64,000 bases of DNA from the human T2T-CHM13v2.0 reference genome, Homo sapiens. The position numbers and the translations under genes are program-made. The stretch lies in the NCBI RefSeq assembly GCF_009914755.1, contig NC_060934.1. The stretch is one strand, 5' to 3'. A model generated the notes under the pieces. It was not told where the DNA came from and did no database searches. It saw nothing but the letters and a program-made list of their open reading frames with translations. Shown here piece after piece: positions 1 to 16,036 of this stretch. The stretch's first letter is position 1, and every line of letters starts with the position of its first letter.

Positions 1-1
1 A

Positions 2-496
<495 letters not shown>

Positions 497-534
497 TGAG
501 CCACCGCGCCTGGCCCCATTTATTTGCCCTCTTG

Positions 535-1526
535 ATGTAAAGTAGTAATCTCCGGAGGACTTGGGGCTTGGGGTAAGAACTTGCAAATGGCAAAGGAAGA
601 ATATCTTTTCCTCTCAGTGGAGTGCTAACTCAAAAAAGCCAATAGGTGGGATCCTTAAAGCGTCAGAGTGAGGCCCTATGCAGGTGGACAGACTACTTCA
701 AAACCCACTGGAAAACTTGGCCCTGGGACATAACAGGAACAAAAAGCATGTGGTAAGTCAAGGAGCTGGCAGAGCTGGAGTTCCAATTAATGTCTGTCCT
801 GGCCATGTGCCAGCAGACAGGGAAAGGGTTAGAGTCGTGGAAGCTGGTAGGGTAAGAACAAGTATAAATCTCGGGATATCTGCAAGGGAGCTCGTGTCTT
901 TGCTGCCATGCAAACACAGTAAAAGCCACGGGCACACAAATAACAGGGAGTGTGTGTTTAAGAAGTCATGTGGCATGTGAAGTGAAAGCAAAGAGGCAGA
1001 CTTGCCCCCAAGGCAGATGGTCCAGCAGGTGCACAAGGCCATTTCAAAACACACACACACATAAAAAAAAGAAGAATAGGCAGTGAGGGTTCTTAGTAAA
1101 TTTTAGCTGAAAAAGAAGAAGAAACCTGACATTGTACAGTTTTAGGCTTTAGCCCTACCACTCTTGTGAGCCCCTTGTCCAGGAAAGCCATTAGTGCCTC
1201 AGCGTGAACCTCAAGGTACTTCCCACCCCTGTGAGCCACCAATCAGGGTGAGCTGAGCAATCAGCCCAGGGGAACAGAGTCACATATGGCCAAGAGGAAT
1301 TGTTCTGGGGTTTGGTTAGTAAGCACGAGAGAAAAAGGAAAAAGAAAATTGTGTACGGAGGTTGAATGCCTCCAGGCAGAGAAGGCAGGGCATAGAGATG
1401 TCTTACCACAAGGGAACGTATCTGAGTCATGCAGCACCAAAGTATGTGAGCAGTGGAAGTTATCAGAATCAATTGGCACCAAAATATGTTAGTAGCAGAA
1501 TGTATCCCAGTCATGGCACCAAATCG
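535..1526 (-). mobile_element. ERV1 (MER4-group/MER50) internal leader with tRNA-His-type PBS at 1504-1521
   Basis: TGGTGCCATGACTGGGAT lies 5 nt after the LTR end, 2 mismatches from the His PBS TGGTGCCGTGACTCGGAT. Confidence 0.65.
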
Positions 1527-2549
<1,023 letters not shown>

Positions 2550-3865
2550 GTATGTCAGGGGCCTTTGGTGGGACTCTGAGACTTGCTAGCTTCAGGTAAA
2601 CCTCAGCACATTCCTAGCTGTGATGGCTATGAGATGAGACTCCTTCTGCTTTAGAGAAGCAGAGGGGAAAGTAAAGAGGACTTTGTCTTGCACCTTAGGT
2701 ACCAGGTTGGCCGCAGAGGGATAGAGCAACAAGCAGGCTCTTGGAGTCCCTGATTCCAGAACTTGCCTCTTGGACAGCATTTCTGGACCTGCCTGGGGCC
2801 AGACGGGAGTTCACTGGTCTGAAGGGTGAGTCCCAGGCCAGGCAGCATTCACCATATGCTGATTGAAGAGCCCTTGAACCATAAGGGAACATCAGCAGTA
2901 GTCTGGCAGTACTCCTTGTGGGCCTGTGGTGGCACTGGCCGTGGGGTGAGGCTCCTCTCCTATTGGAAAGGGGAGGGAAGAGTGGGAAGGACTGCATCTT
3001 GTGGTTTGAGTGTCAGTTCAGTTGCAATACAGTAGAACACCAGGTAGACTTCTGAGGTTTTTGACTCTACTCCTTAGCTCCTGGATGGCATCTAGACCTG
3101 CCTGGGGACTGGGGGAACTTGCCACTCTGAAGGGAGAGACACAGGCCTGGCTGGCTTTCCCACATGCTGATTGTAGAGCCCCAGGCTGTGAGTGAACATA
3201 GGCCATAGCCACGGAATGGTTACAGCAGGCCTTAGGAAAGACTCAGTGCTGTGCTGGCTTTAGCTCTAATCCAGCACAGTCATACCTGATGGCCACAGAG
3301 GTGCTTGTATTAGTCCACCCCAAGCTTCAGATGGCTCAGAATAGAGAGACACTCTGCTTGTCTGGGAGAAAGTAAAGGGAGAGAACAAGAGTCTCTGCCT
3401 GGTAAATCTTATCCAAGAACATCAGGTAGTAACTCTACAAGTCTGCAAGAATCATAGTGTTACTGAACTTATATTGTCCCTAAAGCAGATACAGCTTAGA
3501 TCACAGCACCCAAGTTCTTTCAATTATCTGGAAAGCCTTCCCAAGAAGCACGGGTACAAACAAGCTCAGACAGTGAAGACTGCAATAAATACCTAATTCT
3601 GCAATGCCCAGACACAAACAAACATCTGAAAGTATTAAGACAATCCAGGAAAATAGGCCCTCACCAAGTGAATGAAATAAGACACCAGGGGCCAATCCTG
3701 GAGAAACAGATATATGACCTTCCAGACAAAGAATTCAAAATAACTGTTTTGAGGAAACTCAAAGAAATTCAAGGTAACCCAGAGAAGGGATTCAGAATTC
3801 TATCAGATTAATTTAACAAAGAGATTGAGATAATTTAAAAGACTCAAGCAGAAATTCTGGAGCTG
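2550..3865 (+). mobile_element. Old L1 (L1M/L1MA-type) 5' UTR and start of ORF1
   Basis: L1M 5' UTR-like sequence, then degenerate ORF1 (gaattcaaaataactgttttgaggaaactc...gaaattctggagctg). Confidence 0.7.
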
Positions 3866-4364
3866 GGCCACGTGTGGTGGCTCATGCCTATAATCCCAGC
3901 ACTTTGGGAGGCCAAGGCGGGCAGATCACTTTAGCCCAGGAGTTTGAGACCAGTCTGGGCAACGGGGTGAAACCCTGTCTCTACTAAAAATACAAAAATT
4001 AGCCAGGTATGGTGGCGGGTGCCTGTAATCCTGGATACTCAGAAGGCTGAGGCGGGAAATTGCTTGAACCTGGTAGGCGGAGTTTGCAGTGAGCCGAGAT
4101 TGCGCCACTGCACCCCAGCCTGGGCGACAGAGTAAATCCAGGATTTCCTCTCCAAGCAGTGAGTAAATGTCATCTATGTAAGTACTCGTTATTCCTGTTG
4201 TTGACTTGATTTACATAGAAAAAAAAATCGTACCTGAAAAATACATTTAAGATGAATTTGTAACTTGAGGAATAATATTGAGAATTTATTAAAGCTTTTA
4301 GCCCAATGTCTGTGTTTTTGATCTAGCTATTGTTTTACAATCATATAATCTTATGCACATGGAC

Positions 4365-4553
4365 CCTGGAGCCAGACTGTGGCTCTTATCTAAATTTTAC
4401 CACTTATTAGCTGAATGTCCTTGAGCAAGTTATGCAACCTCTCTGGCCACAGCTCCTCATCTTTAAAATAGAAATAATAAAATTACCTATCTTATAGGGT
4501 TGTTTGAGGATTAAATAATTTGTTTTGAACAGTGCCTGGCAGAGAGTAAATGC
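4365..4553 (+). mobile_element. MIR
   Basis: ctggagccagactg...ccttgagcaagttatgcaacctctct...tttcctcatct-like core...acagtgcctggca. Confidence 0.75.
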
Positions 4554-4693
4554 TATCTATGTAAGTAATCATTATTCCTGTTGACTTGATTTACATAGAA
4601 AAAAAATCGTACCTGAAAAATAAATTTAAAATTGATTTTTAACTTGAGGAAAAATATTGAGAATTTATTAAAGTCACTGTTGTTCTTTTCTCA

Positions 4694-4840
<147 letters not shown>

Positions 4841-5097
4841 TTAGCTGTGCATGATAGCATGTGCTTGTAATCCTAGCTACTCAGGAGGCTGAGGTAGGAG
4901 GGTCACTTGGGCCCAGGAGTTTGAGGCTGCAGTGAGCTAGGATTGCACCAATGTTGTCCAGCCTGGGTGACAGAGTGAGACCTTGTCTCTAAAAATTAAA
5001 ATTAAAAATTAGAAACATTTTAAAAAGAATTCTTGTCCAGGCACGGTGGCTCACGCCTGTAATCCCAGCACTTTGGGAGGCCGAGGTGGGCAGATCA

Positions 5098-5403
<306 letters not shown>

Positions 5404-6152
5404 TTATATTTTATATAATCTTATCTTGAAATTTGCTTACTTTGCTTAGTATATTTCAGTGGAATTAATTAGCCAAAAATCATATATGGCAAGGAAGAAG
5501 AAGGATGGATTATCTGATGTGAAAAACTGGTTGCAAATTGGTAAATGTGAATAACAACTGTCAGCCGGGTGTGGTGGTGCATCCCTGTAGTCCCACGACT
5601 CAGGAGGTTGAGGATCACTTGAGCCCAGGAGTTCAAGTCCAGCTTGAGCAACATAGTGAGACCCCTGTCTCTAAATAAATAAATAACTATCGTTAGCATT
5701 CATTGGGTGTTTTCTGAGTGTGAGTTGCTGTTCTAAGCACTTTACTTGTGGTAATTCTTTCTAATCTGACAACACATCTAGGTGTACATATTCATATTAT
5801 CTCCATTTTGCAGATGAAGAAATGGAGGCCCTAATAGATAAACCACTTGCCCAAGATCATAAAACTTGTCATCAGCAGAGCCAGAAGAGTCCCTATGGTG
5901 ATTATTGAGAATTAATGCTGCATGGTTAAGAAAATGAGAAAATAAGAATTAATTTTTAAGGAATCAATTTGAAGGAATTTAAATGTAATCATTTTAATCA
6001 CTAGGATATTGGTGCCAGTTTGATTTCAGATGGTGTTTTTCTTAAAATTGAAGTAGATAAATAACAGGCTGAATAAAATGAATGGAAGACCATTTCAAAG
6101 GGGGTGTTTTTTACATAGTATTAGTGGTTCTTTTTTTCCAGAAATCAGTTAA

Positions 6153-6536
<384 letters not shown>

Positions 6537-6617
6537 TGATGTGTTAGTAGTAATCTATCATTTGAATGACAGATCTTCTTAAAGAATTCTTATAATTGTT
6601 TCTTAAGAGTTTTGACT

Positions 6618-6619
<2 letters not shown>

Positions 6620-6656
<37 letters not shown>
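6620..6656. repeat. (TG)n microsatellite
   Basis: Direct inspection, ~18 units. Confidence 0.95.
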
Positions 6657-6657
<1 letters not shown>

Positions 6658-7120
6658 TTCTCAACTAGGAGCAATCCTCTTCCCCCCACTTCCACCCAGG
6701 GGATATTTGGCAATGTCTGCAAACTTTTATTTTGAGACAAGGTCTCACTCCATCACCCAGGCTGGAGTGCAGTGGCACAATCATGGCTTACTGCAGCCAC
6801 AGTCTCCTGGGCTCAAGTGATCCCCCCAACCTCAGCCTCCCGAGTAGCTGGGATTACAGGCACACACCATCACGCCCAGCTAATTTTTGTATTTTCTGGT
6901 AGAGACAGGGTTTCACCATGTCACCCAGGATGATGATTTCGAACTCCTGGGCTCCAGTGATCCTCCTGCCTTGGCCTCCCAAAATGCTGGGATTACACAT
7001 GCCAGCCACTGTACCTGGCCTGGAAATCTTTTTGATCATCACAATTTGGAGAAGAGAGGTGCTAGTGGAATTGTCCCACACAACAGAGAATGTTACTAGT
7101 GGTAAGGTTGAGAAACCCTG
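6657..7120 (+). mobile_element. MER20 (hAT) split by an AluJ (~6725-7021)
   Basis: tttctcaac...ggggatatttggcaatgtctg...ggttgagaaaccctg termini. Confidence 0.7.
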
Positions 7121-7727
7121 GTGTGTGTGTTGAGGGGGGAGTGCATATGCATGTTTGTATATCAATGTCATTTCTAAAACATAAAGATAAAAAAGAAATT
7201 AATGTTTAGATGATACTTTGTTTTTGAATACAAATATTGATTATTACTCAATTATACTTAATCGCTTCCAAACGTATTGTCACTTGATAAAGTCTATAAA
7301 TATGTATTGTGCGCCTATTCTCTTTGCAAGGTACTGTGCTAGACACTAGAGGTAGACATCATTCCTGCCACCATGGAACTTAACTATATCGTTCTAAAGA
7401 AATCGGAACATTAGTATTTTGCCAGCCTCAGCCGGGCATGGTGGCTCATGCCTGCCTGTAATCCCAGCACTTTGAGAGGCCAAGGTGGGTGGATCACTTG
7501 AGGTCAGGAGTTTGAGACCAACCTGATCAACATGGTGAAACACCATCTACCAAAAAATACAAAAATTAGCCGGGCATGGTGGCGTGCACCTGTAGTCCCA
7601 GCTACTCAGGAGGCTGAGATGGGAGGATCATTTGGGCCCAGGAGGCGGAGGTTGCAGTGAGCCGAGATTGTACCACTGTACTCCAGCCTAGGCAATGTGG
7701 ACAGTGAGACACTGTCTCAAATATATT

Positions 7728-7728
<1 letters not shown>

Positions 7729-7784
<56 letters not shown>

Positions 7785-7812
7785 TGTTTTATATATATAT
7801 ATATATATATAT
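7729..7812. repeat. (AGAT)n tetranucleotide followed by (AT)n at an Alu tail
   Basis: ~13 AGAT units, then an AT run. Confidence 0.95.
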
Positions 7813-8432
7813 GTTTTTGCCAGCCTAGAGTGGACTGTTTCAAAGTATGATATTTTCAGTTAACAAGGGGAAAGAAATTGGTTGTCAACTGTCTTAACAC
7901 AACATCAAAATATAAAATGAAATTAGATAAATTGATCTTCAGTAGGTTGTTGGAATATGTTCAAGGTATCAAATCATGGGTTTTTTCTCATTTTGGGAGT
8001 AAATCTTCCCAGGTCTCATTGCTGTCGCTAAAAATAGCTGTCTTTTAGGATATATTGAAACATTACATTTGGAATTTTTAAATGGTCTCCTCTAGTCCTA
8101 CTTTTCCTGTTTAGTGATATTGTTATTGTTATTCACAATATGGCAGAGCTAAACTTATGCATGAATGATATGAATATAGCACTTAGAAGCACTTAGAATA
8201 TGCATCTCACTATGCCTAAAATTCCAGCACTTGACAGTAATTCACTTTTCTTAGGCATTATGTCTTCAATAGTTCTCTATAAAAAGCTGATACTCTAGAA
8301 CGAAAGAGAGAGAGAGGGACTGTAATAGTAATGTTTGTGAACGATTTCATTTTACATGTTACCGCTTTGGGAAATTAGAAAAGATATTAGTTGACTTAGA
8401 AAGATATGATGAGGGAAAGCAGATTACAAAAA

Positions 8433-8532
8433 GTAGCAGGTACAATATGGTATAGAATATGAATTCATGAATCATATTATATTCATGAATCAATTCATGA
8501 GTTCATATTCTATACCATATTGTACCTGCTAC
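8433..8532. repeat. Inverted repeat/hairpin, 40-bp arms with 1 mismatch, 20-nt loop
   Basis: gtagcaggtacaatatggtatagaatatgaa and its exact reverse complement. Confidence 0.95.
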
Positions 8533-9079
8533 ATAACATGTGTGTGTGTGTGTGTATATATGTAGCAGGAAAGATACACACCGAAAGGCTATAATGACAC
8601 TCTGAGTGGTTTAATTGCAAGTGATATTTACTCATTTACTCATGTGTGCACACACACACACACACAATGTTTTTTCTATAATTAACATGCCCTATTTACC
8701 TATTTATGTCAGTTTTTTATACAGGTTAAAAAAAAGAAAGCATTGAGGCCTCAAGTAGGTTTAAGTACAGAAAAAAAAAAAGCCATGAAGTCCCACTGAA
8801 ATCTGTAGCACCACATCATATCACACGTAGGTTTAATAACCTGCTCAGGAAAAACAGATGTCAAACTTTTAGGCTGGGTGTGGTGGCTCACACCTGTAAT
8901 CCCAGCACTTTGGGAGGCTGAGGCGAGACACAGAGTGTCCCAGTGATGTGGTGAGAGGGGAAACATGTTAGCATAAGAGCATGTATAGTCCACAAAGGAC
9001 CCATGATGGAGTCTCACAGGTCTCATTCCTAGCAAATTTCATGTAAAAGTTGATTTTATTTTATTTTTTGAAGCGGGGT

Positions 9080-9514
9080 TGTCACCGGTGAGCAGCAACT
9101 ATCTGAGCTGGTGGTGTGGGTGTTACGAAAAATTTATTTACCAAGACAGTTGTAGGTAAAGAAAGGCAAATTTATTAAAGAAAGTATGAAAATACACGGC
9201 AAGAGAGCAACAGGCAGGCCAGCCCAAAGGAGCCGATGACTTCCAAGAGACAAAGGCATGCTGGGGATAGTATAGAATAGTGCGTATGCTGTATGCTGAG
9301 GAAGGCTCTGTGCAGTAGTGATAACACCAAGGTTGCGGTGAGCTAACTTGCAGGTTTCTGATAGTTGGGTGCAGGGAGATTGTGAGTTATTTGCACAGGA
9401 GGGCTACGTGTCCTGGACCATGAAGAAAGGCAGACTGATAGCTTATCTGCTGCTTCTTTTTGCTTTCCCCTGGTCCTGCCAGCTTGATTCCTTTTCCCTA
9501 ATTAGGACTCCACA
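9080..9514 (-). mobile_element. Solo ERV1 LTR (LTR15-like) inserted into an AluJ
   Basis: TG...CA termini (- strand starts TGTGGAGTCCTAATTAGGG), AATAAA present, 5-bp TSD ggggt/gaggt; Alu sequence resumes on both sides. Confidence 0.7.
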
Positions 9515-9675
9515 GAGGTCTTGCTTTGTCACCCGGCTAGAGTTCGGTGGTGTAATCATAGCTCACCGCAGCCTCAAACTACTGGGCTTAAGCAATCCTC
9601 CCGCCTTAGACTCCTGAGCAGCAGGGACTACAGGCATGTACTTCCATGCTGGCTAATTTTTGTATTTTGTTTTAG

Positions 9676-9855
<180 letters not shown>

Positions 9856-10389
9856 TAGAGATTACAGTGTGACTTTGTATGTTTTTTTTTTTTTCGTGAG
9901 ACAGAGTCTCACTCTGTCACCCAGGCTGGAGTGCACTGGTGCAATCTCAAACCACTGCAACCTCCACCTCCTGGGTTCAAGTGATTCTTGTGCCTCAGCC
10001 TCCTGAGTAGCTGGGATTACAGACGTGTGCCACCATACCTGGCTATTGAGTCAAGGAAGGGTTTCACTACATGAGGTTGTTTGCTTGGCACTTTGCAGTT
10101 GCATTCTGCACAGCATGAGTTGTAAATATTTGAAAAGATTTCATGCTTCTCATAAGTAACCAAACCAAACTACATAGAAATATGCCCCCAAAATCCAGAA
10201 CCCTTCTAAAGGGAAGGCTACAAACATACATACTTCTAACACAACCACTTTGTTGAGAATCGCCTCAGAAAATTTTGCTAAATGACATACTTGATTCAAA
10301 GAAATGCAATATCAGAACTTGAGAATACATAAGTGTTTAAGTTCCAGCCCATTTTTGCAGGTAACAGTTTATAAAATACTCTGGAATAA

Positions 10390-10620
<231 letters not shown>

Positions 10621-10751
10621 TAAATAGTCCACTGAAATATAAGAAACAATTCATTTCAACAAGGATATGATGGGTAGCTACTGTTTCAGTTGCTGTGCTA
10701 GGTTCAGAAATCAAAGATGAATAAACCTCAAAAGCTAAAAGGAGGATGTCA

Positions 10752-11076
<325 letters not shown>

Positions 11077-11188
11077 CTAGGCACGTTGGCTCACACCTGT
11101 AATCCCACTTTGGGAGGCCAGCGAGGGAGGATGGCTTGAGCCCAGGAGTTTGAGACCAGCCTAGGCAATATAGGGAGACCCTGTCTCC

Positions 11189-11195
11189 ACACACA

Positions 11196-11233
<38 letters not shown>

Positions 11234-11240
11234 CACACAC
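11189..11240. repeat. (CA)n microsatellite replacing the middle A-rich linker of an AluJ
   Basis: Direct inspection. Confidence 0.9.
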
Positions 11241-11802
11241 ATTAGCCAGCATGGTGGCATATGCCTGTAGTCCCAGCTACTCTGGGGGCTAAGGTGGGAG
11301 ATGGCTTGAGCCCAGGAGGTCAAGGCTGCAGTGAGTCATGATCACATCACTGCAGTCCAGCCTGGGTGACAGAGCAAGACTCTGTCTGAAAAAAACAAAA
11401 CAAAACCACTGAAGAAATGCTAAATGTTTCAGATGATGGATATGCTAATTACCCTTACTGGTTGCCATACGTTATATGTATGAAACGTCACTATGTATCC
11501 CATAAAAATGTATATCATTATTTTTCAATTTTAAAAATGATAAATAAGCCATGATCTTTGCACACAGGCCTTAGAGTTCAGTGAGGGGAACCAAGCTCCA
11601 CACTGTGGATATGATGTCAGGGAGCATGGAGAGGGGATGCTGACGTGGGATGAGTGCTGGGCAGGTTTGGGAGGAGATAATGCTTGAACTGAGTCTTGCC
11701 AGGCAGACAGGGTGGAAGGGAAAAACGTCAAACTGACATAAAAGTGCAGAGACATGCAAGAGCCCAGAGTTTAAATAACTGCAAATAGTTCCTAAAGACA
11801 AT

Positions 11803-13150
11803 TGGACTTCCACTTCTGGCCAAGGTGGAGTGACAGGGACTGGATTCAGCCTCCCATGTGAAAGGACAGAAAAAACAGACAAAATACGTAAAACAACAGA
11901 TTTCAGACACTGCACACCAGGCAGCAGAGAACAATGATTCCTGAGAGAGGGAAAACAAATGAGGTGAGGCCTGTGATTACCTGAGCTCATTGCATGGAGA
12001 GAGCATTTAGAGAGGGGAAACGTGGGTGGAGCCTGGGGGCCCAGGCAGGCCATGGCATCTTGAGTTCACAGGGCAGAGTTCCAGAGGGGAGACTGCGGCA
12101 CAGAGAGAGAGCTCCAGAGATCGGGGCCCTCAGGTTTTCAGCTGAGTACTAATCCACGCATGAGCGTGCAGAAACTACTCAAGACTCAAGAAAGAACCAT
12201 GAGATCAGAGCAGAGGGAATAATCCTTGAATGAAAAACCTTGTAATTCACAGGGTATCAGGTAGAGTACTCTAAAGAGCATTTCCTCTGTGGTCTAGAAT
12301 AAAGGCTGCTTTCATCTTGCCTAGCAAAGCTTAGGAGAAGCTTCAAAAAGATTAAACTGTTTCCAAACAATTTAACTGCTTCCCAGAATAAAGCTCAAGA
12401 AAATGTTTACAGGAATAGAAGACTAACACTTAAGGATGTGAAATTCACAGTGTCTAGCATCCAATAAAAAATTTCTAGGCTGCAAACAAAGAAAATACAA
12501 TCAATAATGAGAAAAATCAATGTATAGAAACAACCCAGAAATGCATGCACATTAGTCAAAGAATTAATAGACAAAGTCATTAAAAACAGTTATTATAACT
12601 ATATTCCATGTTTAAAGTCTACAGAAAAGACTGAGCAAATTGAACATCTAGATATGAAAAATGCAATATCTACAGTGAAAAATATGCTGGGACCAGGCAT
12701 CATAACTGTAATCGCAGCAAATTGGGAGGCCAAGGCTGGAGAATCACTTGAGGCCAGGAGTTCAAGGCCAACCTGGGCAACATAGTGAGATGCCGTTTTC
12801 ACAAAAAATACGAGGAACTAGCCAGGTGTGGTGTCACCCACCTGTAGTCCCAGCTAGTCAGACGCCTGAAGCAGGAGGATTGCTTGAGCTCAGAAGTTTG
12901 AGGCTGCAGTAAGCTATGAAAGTACCACTGCACCCTAGCCTGGACCACAGAGTGAGACCTTGTCTCTAAAAAAAAAAAAAAGAGAGAAAAATACACTGGA
13001 TGGGATTGAGATTGACAGGAGTTTAGACAATGCAGAAGAAATGAGTAGTATAGTTGAATATGTAGCAATAAAAACTATCTAAAATGAAACAGTGAAAAAA
13101 GGTTGAAGGCAAAGCATCAGTGAGCTATGAAGCAACTTCAAGTTGCATAC
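11803..13150 (+). mobile_element. Ancient L1 (L1ME/L1MD-like) 5' end and ORF1 remnant, with an Alu at ~12690-12985
   Basis: Starts ggacttccacttctggccaaggtggagt, typical of L1ME 5' ends; A-rich ORF1-like continuation. Confidence 0.6.
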
Positions 13151-13319
13151 ACTGTATCTGAGGCCAAAGTTGATTGATCCATGGCTGGACACCTTGAACA
13201 TGGCTGGGCCAGTGAGTTTTAGGACCCAGAATCAAACTAGTCTCGCTCTGGGTGACTAAAGCAGAAACATGGAGATCTTTGTGTTTTCCACCACATAGGC
13301 CGAGCAGCAGAAATCATCA

Positions 13320-13739
<420 letters not shown>

Positions 13740-14524
13740 CTATTTGGCTTCTCCTTAGAGCCCATGAAATAAGGGTTTTTTGTCACATAAAATGAAGAAG
13801 TCCTTAGCTTATATAAAGATGATGCCTTTGATTTTTGGACATGTTAAGATTGGAGTGTCTGGGATATCAGTGTGGAAATCTACACTAGGCAGATGAATGG
13901 ACTTACCTAAAGCTCAAATTCCCATTTTTATTCTATTAATCTATGTTTACCTAAATCCATAGGAATGTATGAAATTGACAGTGGAGAACCTATAGAGGGA
14001 GACAAGATAAAGCCAAGGATGGAACCTGGAAAAAAACCACATTAAAGAGACAGGAAGAAGAGCTTCCAGGAAAGGAGTCTGAGCAGGAGCATCTACCAAG
14101 CTAGGTTGAGAGCACAGCATTGAGGGAATCGAAGGAGGAGAGAATTTAAAGAAAAGGGAAATGGAGAACAGTATCAGATTCTTAAAGGACATGACCCTAA
14201 AACGTTCCTGACCCTTGACTGACAACCACCAACTTCCTGTATTTCTAACCTTACTTCCTTTTCTCTGCCCATATTTACCACACATACGTCCATATTTCCC
14301 TGTTTCTGATCTCAGCATGCTATCTTAACCATAGTGAATAGTCTCTTTTAGGGTAGTTAGATTTTGGCGATCTTAACCCTGCATTCTTCTACAATATCTC
14401 ACCCAATTTAGACCCAATTAAAGACCCAATCAAAGCAGATCAACAGGGAAGGGCTGTGAGCCCTACTCCTCCAAAAGATAATTGCATGCCAATATGACTG
14501 CCAGAGTCAAGGAAGGAGCTGGAG

Positions 14525-15010
14525 GAGAACGTATGGTTTCAATGAGAGGAAATTGGCATCATCCACCTATTAAAGCTCTTTTAGGAGGCACATATGCATA
14601 GGGACAAAAGCTCATGAATGGCATCTATTTAGATTTGCAAAAAGCCTTTCACAAAGCTCCACACAAAAGACTGTTTTAAAAATTGAGTCATCATGGTATG
14701 ATGGAGACTGGTGCAATGCATGAGGAAGTTGCTTAGAGACAAGAAACAATGGTTCAGGAAAAGGCACTTCTTGGAGGAAGGAGTGTAAACATTGGCATTC
14801 CCCTATGAGTATCCTTGTTTACTATTTTTATGAATTATTGAAGGTGGGTAGGTACAGTGACATTAAGTTCTTCTGATCATGAAAATCCCCACTATATGAG
14901 AATAACCTAAAGTTAGTGTGAGGCTATGTGAATAGGCAGAAAATATTGCACACATCAGCAAAAAGAAGATACTGAATTTAGGGAAAAATCATCTAACTTA
15001 TACTTAGAAG
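14525..15010 (+). mobile_element. CR1/L3 LINE reverse-transcriptase relic
   Basis: From 14623 translates IYLDLQKAFHKAPHKRLF*KLSHHG (CR1 consensus-like VYLDFSKAFDKVPHKRLL.KL); after a frameshift LRDKKQW. Confidence 0.75.
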
Positions 15011-15300
15011 ATCCATAGGCCAGGCGGGGTGGCTCACACCAGTAGTCCCAGCACTTTGGGAGGCTGAGGTGAGAGGATCGTTTAAGCCTAGGAGTTCAAG
15101 ACCAGCCTGGGCAACATGGCAAAACCCCATCTCAGCAAAAATACAAAAATTAGCCGGGCATGGTAGAATGTGCCTGTTGCCTTAGCTACTTGGGAGGCTA
15201 AGGTGGGAAGATTGCCTGAGCCCTGGAAGGTCAAGCCTGCAGTGAATCAAAGTTGCACCACTGCACTTCAGCCTGGGCTACAGAGTGAGACCCTATCTTT

Positions 15301-16036
15301 ATTTTTTTATTTTTATTTTTTTTATTTTTTAGTATTTATTGATCATTCTTGGGTGTTTCTCGGAGAGGGGGATTTGGCAGGGTCATGGGACAATAGTGGA
15401 GGGAAGGTCAGCAGATAAACGTGAACAAGGGTCTCTGGTTTTCCTAGGCAGAGGTCCCTGCGGCCTTCCGCAGTGTTTGTGTCCCTGGGTACTTGAGATT
15501 AGGGAGTGGTGATGACTCTTAAGGAGCCTGCTGCCTTCAAGCATCTGTTTAACAAAGCACATCTTGCACCGCCCTTAATCCATTTAACCCTGAGTGGACA
15601 CAGCACATGTTTCAGAGAGCACGAGGTTGGGGGTAAGGTTATAGATTAACAGCATCCCAAGGCAGAAGAATTTTTCTTAGTACAGAACAAAATGGAGTCT
15701 CCCATGTCTACTTCTTTCTACACAGACACAGTAACAATCTGATCTCTCTCTTTTCCCCACATTTCCCCCTTTTCTATTCGACAAAACCGCCATCGTCATC
15801 ATGGCCCGTTCTCAATGAGCTGTTGGGTACACCTCCCAGACGGGGTGGCGGCCGGGCAGAGGGGCTCCTCACTTCCCAGACGGAGCGGCCGGGCAGAGGC
15901 GCCCCCCACCTCGCAGACGGGGCAGTGGCCGGGCGGAGGCGCCCCCCACCTCCCTCCAGGACGGGGCGGCTGGCCGGGCGGGGGCTGCCCCCCACCTCCC
16001 TCCTGCCGGGCGGGGGCTGCCCCCCACCTCCCTCCC
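15301..16036 (-). mobile_element. 5'-truncated SVA retrotransposon (older SVA_B/C-like): poly(A), SINE-R, partial GC-rich VNTR
   Basis: Diagnostic SINE-R sequence (tttattgatcattcttgggtgtttctc...gcagataaac...) followed by VNTR units (cccagacggggtggcggccgggcagagg); inserted in an Alu. Confidence 0.93.
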
